64,000 nt of DNA from a virus. Lineage: Duplodnaviria; Caudoviricetes. Location of the stretch: positions 32,001 through 96,000 of the IMG/VR virus record IMGVR_UViG_3300033074_001484. One strand, 5' to 3'. Positions 22,565 to 33,215 of this stretch are shown piece by piece. Numbering within the stretch: position 1 is the first letter of the stretch; each line of letters begins with the position of its first letter. The position numbers and the translations under genes are program-made. The notes beneath the pieces are model-generated. The model did not search any database, was not told the DNA's origin, and saw nothing but the letters and a program-made list of their open reading frames with translations.

Positions 22565-23389
22565 TTAAGCGACACCATCCGCCACATTCAAAATTGGTTC
22601 AGCATCATAGAAAATAACATCTTCTTTGTTCCCAATCTTACTGAAAATAGGGTATTCAATTTCTTTAATAACCGACCTTTCAATAATCAAATTTGGATTT
22701 TTGTGTGCTTGGTGCATTGGTGACAAGTCAGTCAATTCATTTGCTGTAAATGGGGTTGAAGTCTTAATTCGTTTTACATAAGTACCACGTTTTAATTTCA
22801 CTTCTAAATCATTCCAGTTTACACCTTTTTCACGCATCATTTTATCTTGCAGTTCATTACTATTTAAGTTTTGAAGTTGCTTGTGTGAGAATAAACTTTG
22901 AGCTAACATTGAAATACTGTTTTTAGTAGCATCGTTTTCACGCCACAATAATTGAACACAAGCATCGTGTAATGTTGGTGTTTGGTAAATTCGGCAATCA
23001 AATACAGCAACTTTATCGTGTGTTGGTAAAAGTTCTTTCCGTTTTTCGTTAAAGAAGTTTACACACTTTGCAGTAAGTTTTGATAATATTTTTTGTTTTT
23101 TACCATCATTGTAAATTGCACTTTTTCTATCACCTGAATAAAGCACTAAAGTAATTTCATCGCTTTGAGTATAACCAACAACAGCGTTTGTTTCTTGAAC
23201 TAAAAACTTTGTTGTTTCAGTCATTAGTTCAGTCAATTTTTTATCAAAAGGTCTTTCTAATCCTTTCGTCCAGTTGTGAAAGTTATTACCATCTAATCTG
23301 ATAATAACAGGTAGTGTAGGTATCATAAATTCATTTGAGAAGTTTTTTTCTAACCATTTACACCAATCACCTAATGTTTCAAAATCCAT
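22565..23389 (-). CDS. tRNA-His guanylyltransferase Thg1-like protein
   Basis: IRLDGNNFH, YTQSDEITL, FDCR, WRENDA..NSISMLA. Confidence 0.9.
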   Translation of the reverse strand: MDFETLGDWCKWLEKNFSNEFMIPTLPVIIRLDGNNFHNWTKGLERPFDKKLTELMTETTKFLVQETNAVVGYTQSDEITLVLYSGDRKSAIYNDGKKQKILSKLTAKCVNFFNEKRKELLPTHDKVAVFDCRIYQTPTLHDACVQLLWRENDATKNSISMLAQSLFSHKQLQNLNSNELQDKMMREKGVNWNDLEVKLKRGTYVKRIKTSTPFTANELTDLSPMHQAHKNPNLIIERSVIKEIEYPIFSKIGNKEDVIFYDAEPILNVADGVA

Positions 23390-23418
23390 AATTTTATTTT
23401 TTACTTGTGTACTTTGGG

Positions 23419-23778
23419 TTAACCATTTCTTTTATTCCAAAATTTTTTCATAGTATTAATAAGTGATAATGATGGTATTATTTTTTCTCCAATTAATTCT
23501 TCAGCAAAATCATATATTGATGTCATTATACCAATTCGTCTAAAATTTTTATCAACGAAAACATCATTACCATACCAACCATTTAGTTTTTTTGAATACT
23601 CAATTGTTGCCCTTGCAATTTCACCCACTTTGTTGTGTCTTGCTGTTATTACATAAACACCATCTTCTTGGTCTGAAATTAATTGAATATCATCATTAAA
23701 TTGTTTTTTCTTAATATCATAATTTTCATTTAGACATTCTCGTATGGTTGTTTTAATAAATTGTTTCAACTCTTTCAT
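23419..23778 (-). CDS. Putative GNAT-fold protein with head-targeting-like leader
   Basis: MKELKQFIKTTIRECLNE leader; VFVDKNFRRIGIMTSIY (GNAT motif A). Confidence 0.6.
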   Translation of the reverse strand: MKELKQFIKTTIRECLNENYDIKKKQFNDDIQLISDQEDGVYVITARHNKVGEIARATIEYSKKLNGWYGNDVFVDKNFRRIGIMTSIYDFAEELIGEKIIPSLSLINTMKKFWNKRNG

Positions 23779-24995
23779 TATTTTCTTTTATATATAAATA
23801 TTACGAATTAAAAAAGCCCACCCCTCTTTTTCTTTTAAAATTTTTGTCCAGTTCTCCAAGCGTGTATTTAATATTTGTTACTACTGTCGTGTCTTTTAAC
23901 AGCATTTTCGTAAAGCGACTTAATAGGTAAAAAATATATGAAAAATCCTAAGTACATAAATACATTAACTATTACATCCCAAGTTTCTTCTGCCTTGCTC
24001 ATTGGTAATTTATTCCAACCAAAGTAAAAGTTTTCAATAATCCACACCACGGCACCTATCGTTATTAGAATTTTGCCTATTTTAATTTTGTTCATTTGAC
24101 AGTTGTATTATTTAACAAAATTTGGACGACCCTCAAACACTTCCCAAAATAAATGCGCCCATCCGGGCGAAATATAATGACTTACCCCACCTTTATCGAG
24201 TATGCGATGGCCACCATTCTGACTTACATTTAAGTGCGTAGGTTTAATAATAGTAATTCTATAGCCGGTTGGCCATTCATATGTTCTAAATTTTTCACTG
24301 CTAATGTCAGTGAATTGCAATCCACTTTCGTTTTTCATATTTTTTTCGTGTTTGATAATTCAAGCAAGAACATTCAACTTACACCCCTTCCACCATCATA
24401 ATTTTAATATATCTATCTAAACCATCAAGTATTGAATACCAAATACGAAATTTTCCCAGTGTAATAATCCCGGCCAAATCCTTGTGTATAACAAATTTGA
24501 TGTTATTGTTGATCAAAACTTGTACATTATTACGTCTTAGAAAGGAAATATTGCTGTCTTCTGATATTTCCACAAGTTCAAGTTTATGGATGTTTATTAT
24601 AGTGCTTGGATATCTATCACGAAACGCAATTTGGTTTTGCACTGATATTTTTTGTTCTGTGGAGTTTGAGTCAAACATAGTTATAACAAATTTGAAGTTA
24701 TTAGATAAATGATTGTACGATGATCGTGTTTATGTTTTTAAGTGTAGCAGCTTGTAGAGGGCCGCTGGATCAAATTTATGTGTTCCATTCCGATAATCAT
24801 CTACTATCAGGTTTAAGATAATCCCTAATTCACGCTCTGCCAAATTTGACGGGATGAATACACACACATCATTTTTGTCATCACCATATTTATCACTTAG
24901 ATACTCACAAACACGATTTTCACGAAAAGTTCTAAACATATACTTTTAAAATTTTATATATTAGATAAATAAATATAAAACCGATCCAATACATT

Positions 24996-25961
24996 TTAAT
25001 AGCGCGTGGAATACCCAATAAATTCTGATAGGGTTTTACAACCGCAATATGCCATAGCACTTTTAATCGCGTTATAAAACCCCGGATATTCATCTGAATT
25101 TTCTTTACCATTAACCCATTCCGATAATGTATATAAGACCGGGTTGTAAATGGTTCTACCCTCACTGGGCTTAATCGTTCCTCCAACATTATAAATCTCC
25201 TGTTCAATTGTCGTTGACATTCCTCTAAACAATGCTGCGATGCTCCCATCTTCCCGGCGAATTTTTGTACCGGATGATTCTTCGGCAGCATTGAAAATAC
25301 TTCCTAACATCACCATACCTGCCCCGGCTGCAATCAATCTGTTTATCGCAGCATATCCATTGTGGTGTAATTTTTCATCTCGAATAAATTGAGAGATACC
25401 ATCGGCTATGATTATGGAACACTCTTTTGCGCTGTAACAGTCAAATATTAACTGTTCAAGATTGCGGCATCCCACACCGGTATGTACTGTTGTAGTACAT
25501 GCTGCGCCGCCGCCTATACCAACCCGGATATAATCACACCCAACACGTGATAATTCTCTGTATGCGTTTAATGATGCGACGTTCCCGGACATAATCATTA
25601 TCTTGTCCGAAAAATAGCTTTTTAAGTCATAAATTACCCCATGCAGCATTGGCATGTTCCCATTGGCAGTGTCAATGCATATTCGGGGGATAAGTGGTAT
25701 TTCACGTGAAGCTATTTGTTTGGCGGTAGTAATATTTATCGATGCAAATGTACTATCGTGCGCCTCCACAATCTGTATGGCGTCCTTTAAAGGTATGGTT
25801 CTTGGAAGACACACGTGTATATCTTCTTGCAAAAATATTTTAAAATTGTACGCATCAACCACTGTGCTCATAGGGGCAGTTATCAGCGGTAAAAATTCAT
25901 TATCATGTGCTGGATCAGCCTCTTGACGTGAATTTAATCCTTGTGCGGCTTGTTTAATCAT
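24996..25961 (-). CDS. IMP dehydrogenase/GMP reductase family protein
   Basis: PLITAPMSTV, IDTANG, RVGIGGGAACTT, IIADG, FRGMST. Confidence 0.85.
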   Translation of the reverse strand: MIKQAAQGLNSRQEADPAHDNEFLPLITAPMSTVVDAYNFKIFLQEDIHVCLPRTIPLKDAIQIVEAHDSTFASINITTAKQIASREIPLIPRICIDTANGNMPMLHGVIYDLKSYFSDKIMIMSGNVASLNAYRELSRVGCDYIRVGIGGGAACTTTVHTGVGCRNLEQLIFDCYSAKECSIIIADGISQFIRDEKLHHNGYAAINRLIAAGAGMVMLGSIFNAAEESSGTKIRREDGSIAALFRGMSTTIEQEIYNVGGTIKPSEGRTIYNPVLYTLSEWVNGKENSDEYPGFYNAIKSAMAYCGCKTLSEFIGYSTRY

Positions 25962-26896
25962 AACCCTACATTTAATTTTGCGTATACTTTCCCGGCATTT
26001 TTATAATTGCTTATTGAGAAATCTGTCGGGTGCATGTTTGATATGAACGTGTCAATGTCCAGATATAAACCTTGTTGTAAATTTTCGACATTGTCAATAA
26101 AACTCTGCTGACACTTTAGCGTTGGGGAATCGAAGATTGGCATTTGTAATAACATATCAACCGCCGACAGGTGATTGTCATATATATGGAAGTCTCCAAA
26201 ATGCCCTGTCAATGAACCGGGTTGCATATTGAACATCTTACATAATATTGACAATAATAGCCCATAACTTGCGATGTTGAACGGAACACCAAGCACAGCA
26301 TCAGCACTTCTTTGATACCAAACCAGTGACAATACATCTCCGTTTGACGATGGGGTACATACTACTTGAAATGCAAAATGACATGGGCGCAACGTCATTT
26401 GATGTAATTGCCCCACATTCCACGAATCCACTAATATACCGGAATCGTATCGATTGTGGAGCAGCATTTTTGCAAGGTATTTAATTTGGTCCACCACCAA
26501 ATGCCGCCACTGGTGCCCGTATACGGGACCCAACGAACCGTGCTTCTCAAAGTTTGGATCAGTCATTACCTTAGTAATAAAATCTTCAGAGGATATATCT
26601 TCGTCCGGGTAGTTATGACGATACTCCCTGTAAGCGTCATCATTCCATATCCGGCAACCGTGCGCATTTAAATATTTGATGTTGGTTTCTCCACGGAGAA
26701 ACCATAGTAATTCAACAACAAGTGGATTCCAGACCACTTCTTTACATGTAAGTAGCGGAAATTTTCCGGTAGACATGTCAGTATGTATGCTGACACCTAC
26801 TACCGACCTTCGCCCTTTACCGGTTCTGTCTGGCCGTGGCGGTCTCACAACAGTAGCCTTTAGCAGGTCCAGATATTGTTCGTCTATGATATTCAT
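25958..26896 (-). CDS. thyA: Thymidylate synthase
   Basis: DRTG, ELLWFLRG, LGPVYG, LRPCH, YQRSAD..LGVPFNIASY, HIYDNH. Confidence 0.95.
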   Translation of the reverse strand: MNIIDEQYLDLLKATVVRPPRPDRTGKGRRSVVGVSIHTDMSTGKFPLLTCKEVVWNPLVVELLWFLRGETNIKYLNAHGCRIWNDDAYREYRHNYPDEDISSEDFITKVMTDPNFEKHGSLGPVYGHQWRHLVVDQIKYLAKMLLHNRYDSGILVDSWNVGQLHQMTLRPCHFAFQVVCTPSSNGDVLSLVWYQRSADAVLGVPFNIASYGLLLSILCKMFNMQPGSLTGHFGDFHIYDNHLSAVDMLLQMPIFDSPTLKCQQSFIDNVENLQQGLYLDIDTFISNMHPTDFSISNYKNAGKVYAKLNVGL

Positions 26897-27153
26897 TTTT
26901 CTAATTGTTCAATTTTTCTGTTGATATACCAAATTGCTTTTTTGAGGTCGTCAAGTTCAGGTTCGGAATTTTTTTTACCACATCGGGCAATATATTTTAC
27001 CGAATTGCCGAGGTGAAAATCCAACTCCCACGCCTCAATCACTTTTATTACTTCATAAGGGTTATCCGCACCGCCATAATGTGATGGGTGGTCTATCTTT
27101 TCGATCTTGGTTTTGTCCGAGGTGTTTCGCTGTCGTCTGGTAAGTAATGTCAT
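26893..27153 (-). CDS. DUF3310-like protein
   Basis: IDHPSHY...FHLGNSVKYIAR.GKK...DLKKAIWY. Confidence 0.8.
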   Translation of the reverse strand: MTLLTRRQRNTSDKTKIEKIDHPSHYGGADNPYEVIKVIEAWELDFHLGNSVKYIARCGKKNSEPELDDLKKAIWYINRKIEQLEK

Positions 27154-27680
27154 ATCTTTTTATTTTAAGTTATCCTAAATGATATCGGTCACCTATTTTC
27201 ATTAATTGCTCCTGCATATCCCAATCAGGATTGTCATCAATGGAAAATAAAAAATACATCTTTCGATCCGGGTCCAGTTTGTTCAATGTTTCCATGTACG
27301 TATTCTCCGTTACACGCCATTTGCGCTTATATTGCATCCTTCCATTCCATGCCTTAGTATCGGGTTCATATAATTCATCAAAGGTAAACCCTTCAATTAA
27401 TGGGTATTGGTGTTTGGTGTATGTTGGCCATATATTCGGATGTAATGAATAATCAATAAATGTGTCAAGTTCATCGACCGTCAATTCATCCGATCTTTTT
27501 ATTGACAGATATTCACGATGATATTCAGGGTATATTTCTAAAATCATTTGTTCAACGATTTCTCTTGTTTTACCCTTAAACACGAATAATTCTGATGATG
27601 AATTTGTAACAACATCGATTATATTTTCAACTGAAAATGCAAATATAGTGAGTCGTGGTAAAGTCATAACTTGATTTTTT

Positions 27681-28526
27681 TTATTTGGGTGTAAAGTCAT
27701 AACTTGACTTGTAAACGGTTTTATATTGTTCATCGTCAAGTATACGGTACCCGGAATAAATATCCGGGTTGTACAAAGATAAATCAAATTTCGGCGGATG
27801 CGCTATAAAATAATCATAGAACAATGCCCCGAACGCAAATTTTTGTTGAGATAATACGTCCATATTGGATATCCACTCAAAAGTTTTATCCCACACGTCC
27901 GTCAATTCTTTGATAGGAACACCACGCCCCACAGCCTGATAAGGTAAGATGACCATATAATCAACGAGGTGTAAATATTTGAGGGAGAGCCGTTGTAAAT
28001 CTTCAAAACTTTCAGTCGTTCCAAGAATGACATGAAAATTAAGTTTGGTTTTAAGGCCATTTAAACGCTCTACAGCAGCATGGAACGTTTTTTTGATATG
28101 TGGGTGCCATGAAAGGGCTATCCCACCGCACAAACGCTCTGAGGCGTCTAAAATAGCATCTGTGAGATGCATTCCATTTGTTGTAAAATTAGGGACAATC
28201 CCAAGATGACGGACATCTTCCAGAAATGAAATAAAATTGGGGTGCATGGTTGGTTCCCCTGCTCCCCCAATCGCTATTTGGAATGGCCGTCTACCTTCTT
28301 CTAACAACCCCCATACTTCCCATGCTTTTTCGGATATGTTTGTGAAATTTACACCGCTTTTCATGGCATTGGTGTAACAGTATGGGCAGTTTGCAAGGCA
28401 TTTATTATTTATAGCCACATCTTCCAATTCCGGAGTATCAGGTACACCGGGTCCCAACCGCAATGTTTTGTAACTGTTGGTGAAAATTGCTTTATAGTTA
28501 TTCCCGTTCGTCCGTATTCTCATCAT
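27681..28526 (-). CDS. Radical SAM protein
   Basis: CLANCPYC, GGAGEPTMHP, TTNG. Confidence 0.85.
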   Translation of the reverse strand: MMRIRTNGNNYKAIFTNSYKTLRLGPGVPDTPELEDVAINNKCLANCPYCYTNAMKSGVNFTNISEKAWEVWGLLEEGRRPFQIAIGGAGEPTMHPNFISFLEDVRHLGIVPNFTTNGMHLTDAILDASERLCGGIALSWHPHIKKTFHAAVERLNGLKTKLNFHVILGTTESFEDLQRLSLKYLHLVDYMVILPYQAVGRGVPIKELTDVWDKTFEWISNMDVLSQQKFAFGALFYDYFIAHPPKFDLSLYNPDIYSGYRILDDEQYKTVYKSSYDFTPK

Positions 28527-28658
28527 CGTCGCTATAATGATAATGGTGATGTGTGGGTGAATTTATTTTAATTGACGGCCACCCATGAAACATAAAACCA
28601 AGTGCCAATATACTAGCGGGTAGCAAAAAAGTTTCCCAATTCATATTCAATTATTTTG

Positions 28659-28729
28659 CGCAGGTGAAAGGAATCGAACCCATATCTTTGGTTTTGGAGA
28701 CCAACATCTTACCGTTAGACGACACCTAC
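28659..28729 (-). tRNA. tRNA-Trp(CCA)
   Basis: Cloverleaf; loop CTCCAAA. Confidence 0.9.
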
Positions 28730-28731
28730 AA

Positions 28732-29343
28732 TTATACAGACTCACTCACTGATGTCTTATTATATATAGCTAAATGTTGTTGCACAATACTCATGGCAGC
28801 AATATAGGGTTGCGATTTAGCCTTGTTCATGTTGCGTAATTTATTGTGTACTTCTTCCAAATATATTATTGCGAATCCCGGATCATGCTCAACAATGGTT
28901 GTGGTGTTATGAATTATATCACAGCATTTAATTGTTTGTGCTTCATAAGATGCAGCACCCCACCGCATTGCTTCATATTCTTTTCGCAGTTTTCGGTTCA
29001 ATTGTGGGTAACGCTCTTTGGTAAATTCATCGGTCAATTCCAACACATAATTTAATACATTGACTGGGTTAATATTTTTCAACCACCCTACACGGTTAAC
29101 AGTAAATATAAATTCAGATAGTCCACCGGGTGTGGTGTGTGTATCTTCCAACACATCGTGTAACAGTGCAGCGCAAACCATGTCATCGGTTCCACCATAA
29201 TCACGAACCAATTGTGCGACTGGTATACAATGTCCGTCAAAATACGGTTCACCTGTGTACTTACGACGTTGTTCCCTATGTGCGATTCGCCCATATTCAA
29301 TATATGGATAATACTTGTCTTCAATGTCAATTTCGGAGTGCAT
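28732..29343 (-). CDS. HD-domain (p)ppGpp hydrolase-like (small alarmone hydrolase)
   Basis: AH.EQRRKYTGEPY..H, ALLHDVLEDT, IKCCDIIHN. Confidence 0.8.
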   Translation of the reverse strand: MHSEIDIEDKYYPYIEYGRIAHREQRRKYTGEPYFDGHCIPVAQLVRDYGGTDDMVCAALLHDVLEDTHTTPGGLSEFIFTVNRVGWLKNINPVNVLNYVLELTDEFTKERYPQLNRKLRKEYEAMRWGAASYEAQTIKCCDIIHNTTTIVEHDPGFAIIYLEEVHNKLRNMNKAKSQPYIAAMSIVQQHLAIYNKTSVSESV

Positions 29344-29727
29344 AATAATGATTATTTGGAGTACCAGACAATGTGAGTGAACCGGGATACAACATCATCC
29401 GGCAGTTTGATAGTGTCTTCCGATTTAATTCCCCCAACACGGCCATACATTATCTGACCATCAACGACCGATGTCGTTTCGATGCGGATATTACTTTCTT
29501 CGGAATTAGTGGCCAAATAACCATGACCATCATCAAAACCAATAAATCCTTGATTTACTGATGCAATAAAGTCAGATATTTTCATCATATCCAACTCAAC
29601 ACTTTCTATCTGGTCAATGGGAGATGTTTTGTATTCAAATGGTATCATGTCATTCCTCTTCTTTACTATAAATACCACTATCTTACGTTTCCCGTACAGT
29701 GAATTTAAAAATTTGAATATGTAATAG

Positions 29728-29886
29728 TGACGAGGGAAGGACTCGAACCTCCAAACACACATTAAAATAATACCACTAAAATACCGAAGGATACGTTAGA
29801 AGTGTATTGGTTTTTTTAGTTGGTTACAATGTGTTGTGGGGACACTTATTTTCAATGGGCCGCTTTACCAATTAGCGTACCTCGTC
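29728..29886 (-). ncRNA. tRNA-like RNA with about 85 extra nt in the anticodon/variable region
   Basis: Perfect acceptor GACGAGG/CCTCGTC, D and T arms; long internal hairpin. Confidence 0.7.
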
Positions 29887-29949
29887 ATAAAAGAAAAAAA
29901 TGTGGGGGGAAATTCAATATCCTTCGGTCCCCCCCACTTGTGCCGTAAC

Positions 29950-30090
29950 CCTCTATCGAAAATTTTGTCTAACTTAAACGATGGTGCTACCACTACACTA
30001 CGAGTCCTTGTAAAAATATAACACAAAAAGTATTGAGGACCCGCAGGGAATTGAACCCCGACTTATCGTTTGATTATTTCGATGGGCGTT
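29950..30090 (-). ncRNA. Circularly permuted tRNA-like element
   Basis: T-arm and 3' acceptor (30037-30060) precede the 5' acceptor and D arm (29984-30007) on the - strand. Confidence 0.55.
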
Positions 30091-30199
30091 TAGGCCAATA
30101 ATGCCATAGCCAAGACTTCTGTTACAACACTAAACACCCCACATTTGGTAACGTGTTAAGTAGTTGAATCTAAGTCCAATGCTATAACAGTATCTTCAG

Positions 30200-30997
30200 T
30201 TACCCGACACCGTTGTGTAGGTAATTAAACAGTTTTTCAGCGGTCATGTCGGATGGTATTGCCACCACGTCATTCACCTCTTTCAAGGCAGAGATGACTG
30301 CGGTCAACAGGCGCGACCTCCGTGCGAGTATTTCTGCTCGTTGACGGTGCGACAGCATGCCTGTGAATTTTTGAGTGGTATATTCACCCAGTTCCATCAC
30401 CGTGTCCTTGGTGGCGATTTTGGGGTCATATTTCGCCCCATCGCCCAATTTGCTCAGGTTGGGGTCAGTGAGAATGTACGCCTCTTTGACAGTTGTCTTG
30501 GCCGTGCCGGAAATTAATTCCGACTCGTGGATATCGCGTCCGACATACATTTCATTGGTCGTGCGCTTCCAATTTTCGTCATCATTCCTGACCGGTATAT
30601 TTTCATACATCTCCTTCAATGTCCCAAATTCCAACAGGCTCTTTAGGCGCAGGAGTTCCAACGCTGTGAATCTTCCGAAGTTGACGTTGTCAACGACCAA
30701 CACCACTGTGTTGGATTGATTACCATTCGTCCGCTCCAACGAAAATGCGGCATCAATATAATCCGCAGCAGCACTTTCGAGATACTTTAATTTTTCCTCG
30801 ACGGTGGTTACCACCAGTTTGTTCGACCGTTTGGTTGGTTCGTCGATGGTGCCGGGGAGGGGCGTATATGTGCGTTTTTCGCCAACGAACGCCCCTTGCG
30901 AACCCTTAAAGAATTTGACATATTCTTCAAATCCTTTTTTGTACGACCCCGCCAGATGGTCAGTCTTTGCGAGTAATACTGTTAATTTCGTTTCCAT
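30200..30997 (-). CDS. Conserved-looking hypothetical protein upstream of tRNA-like RNAs
   Basis: About 265-aa ORF, visibly more GC-rich, own TATCTTTG promoter at 31016-31023. Confidence 0.8.
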   Translation of the reverse strand: METKLTVLLAKTDHLAGSYKKGFEEYVKFFKGSQGAFVGEKRTYTPLPGTIDEPTKRSNKLVVTTVEEKLKYLESAAADYIDAAFSLERTNGNQSNTVVLVVDNVNFGRFTALELLRLKSLLEFGTLKEMYENIPVRNDDENWKRTTNEMYVGRDIHESELISGTAKTTVKEAYILTDPNLSKLGDGAKYDPKIATKDTVMELGEYTTQKFTGMLSHRQRAEILARRSRLLTAVISALKEVNDVVAIPSDMTAEKLFNYLHNGVG

Positions 30998-31873
30998 TGT
31001 TAAGTGTTTAGGCAACAAAGATACAACACGTGGGAAACTTAGCTACTACATTAAAACATATTTTTTTAGCGAATATGTTAAATATGAATATAAATGTTTC
31101 GGAACATTGTAACAGTTACTTTCCGAAATCAATATGTTAATTGGTTGATACACATAATAATATACGGTATTGTGTGTATGCAGTAGTTACCCACAAGCAC
31201 TACTTAGTACTTCAAAGTGAGTAAAAAAGAAAAAGCTATCAAGTGTATTATAATACCTCATTCCTTCATCCACAGCCTTTAGTTTGTCATTCTCAAAGCA
31301 ATGTTCGTTTATAAAGTAAAGTCCTCCATACTTATCAATTTCAATTCTTCCAGTATAAAGGCTTTTACTTCCGTGCCATTTAAACTCAACTTTAGTTCCT
31401 TGTTTTAATAGCTTTTTCTTTTCTTCTGTTAATTGGTTTTCTCCTTGTATCATAATTTTTAGTTTACTATACCGTGCCAGTGTATAACACGGTATAAAAT
31501 TCATTAAAACGAAATTTTATACCTGTCCGTTATATGCAATACTTTTCACTGAGTTCTTTACATACATCATACAGTTCCTCAGCACCTTCACCAGTCAAAT
31601 AATGGCTGTGTGCTACTTTTAATTTCCACCATTCATCATCAGGTAGCATTTCTTTTAATTTTACCAATAATCGGTCAGCCCTTATTTGACTTTGCCATGC
31701 ACCACCTTTGTTTCTAAATTCGTTCAAAGTACTGCATATAACAGCGTGTATATTCAATTGCTGCTTCTGTGCTTCTTTTTTAGTTTTATGTTTACTCATA
31801 ATTTTGTTTTTTTAATTAAGTTTATCAGTTATTTACGCAACTGAAATATACACACAACCATTATGCACAAGCA

Positions 31874-32371
<498 letters not shown>

Positions 32372-32801
32372 TTAAGTTAATAATCCGTGCCAGTGTACAA
32401 CAATGGCTATACGGTATTAAAACGACCGTTTAGCCCCATCGTTACCGGCAACGCTTCGACAACACATCATAAATGGACTTCAGTTTGATAGCAGCAAGCC
32501 GGTGCTGTTCATTTACCGCAGCCGAACTATCTAACACTTTTCGCCTATCTTTCTTAGGCGTGCTTTTGGAAAACTGCCAATCTTCAGCAAAGCTGCTCGG
32601 TGCGTTTCTAATAAGGCTTGCTGCTACCTTCAGTAACTCCGATAGGGCTATATCAACAGCACTGCCGGTAACAGGTGCATTGCTGCTATGTGGGCCGACG
32701 GAAGTTGTTTCAACTGTATTCATAAATTTTGCTTTTAGTTCTTAATTTGGGGCTGACGTGCAGGATTGCCCACACAGTCAGCAATGCTTCAACGTTAGCG
32801 G

Positions 32802-33215
32802 CTATACTACCTGTCCCTTAAAATCTTCACCCCAATGATTATCCAAATCAGCATAGTCCAGTTTGACAAGCCGATTTCCATAATAACCATAGTTTGACAT
32901 TGTATCATCACCGCCAAAATGTTTTTTAAACTCTGAAATATCTGTTATCGTTTCCCATTGTTCTCTTGTAATTGGCCTTGCTTTTTTCATAATCAAAATC
33001 CATCCACCCATCGAACACCAAACCACAGGACATAATAAATGAGATGTTCCTTTTTCAAACTTGCCACTATTAAACTTCCACGTTTGGTTTTCACTGATAT
33101 TACCAATTATGCCACGTAGAAAATGAGACCACTGACAAGTAAAGTTTGGTATCTTGACAACCACATTTTTAAACTCAATTACTATTCGTGTAACGCCTTT
33201 ACGATTTATTTTCAA
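32802..33215 (-). CDS. Hypothetical, kinase-fold-like cassette protein
   Basis: GVTR...VVKIP...D..SNYG....LVKLDY resembles a minimal protein-kinase-like fold. Confidence 0.4.
   Translation of the reverse strand: MKINRKGVTRIVIEFKNVVVKIPNFTCQWSHFLRGIIGNISENQTWKFNSGKFEKGTSHLLCPVVWCSMGGWILIMKKARPITREQWETITDISEFKKHFGGDDTMSNYGYYGNRLVKLDYADLDNHWGEDFKGQVV

Larger units (their letters stand above)
15458..23830 (+). mobile_element. Integron-like cassette array 3 (about 13 cassettes)
   Basis: Hairpins at 17573-17755, 17940-18054, 18638-18725, 18845-19034, 19544-19601, 20592-20676, 20826-20903, 21124-21245, 21353-21470, 21593-21778, 21978-22102, 22297-22554; unit-specific terminal IRs. Confidence 0.88.

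Noticed and set aside
24932-25291. 119-aa ORF overlapping the IMPDH/GMPR gene
   Set aside because: Alternative frame of a well-supported gene.
25958-26896. dCMP hydroxymethylase
   Set aside because: Canonical ThyA motifs with Asn at the specificity position.
29950-30090. Two-piece tmRNA
   Set aside because: No G3-U70 Ala acceptor, a D stem is present, and no tag ORF was recognised.
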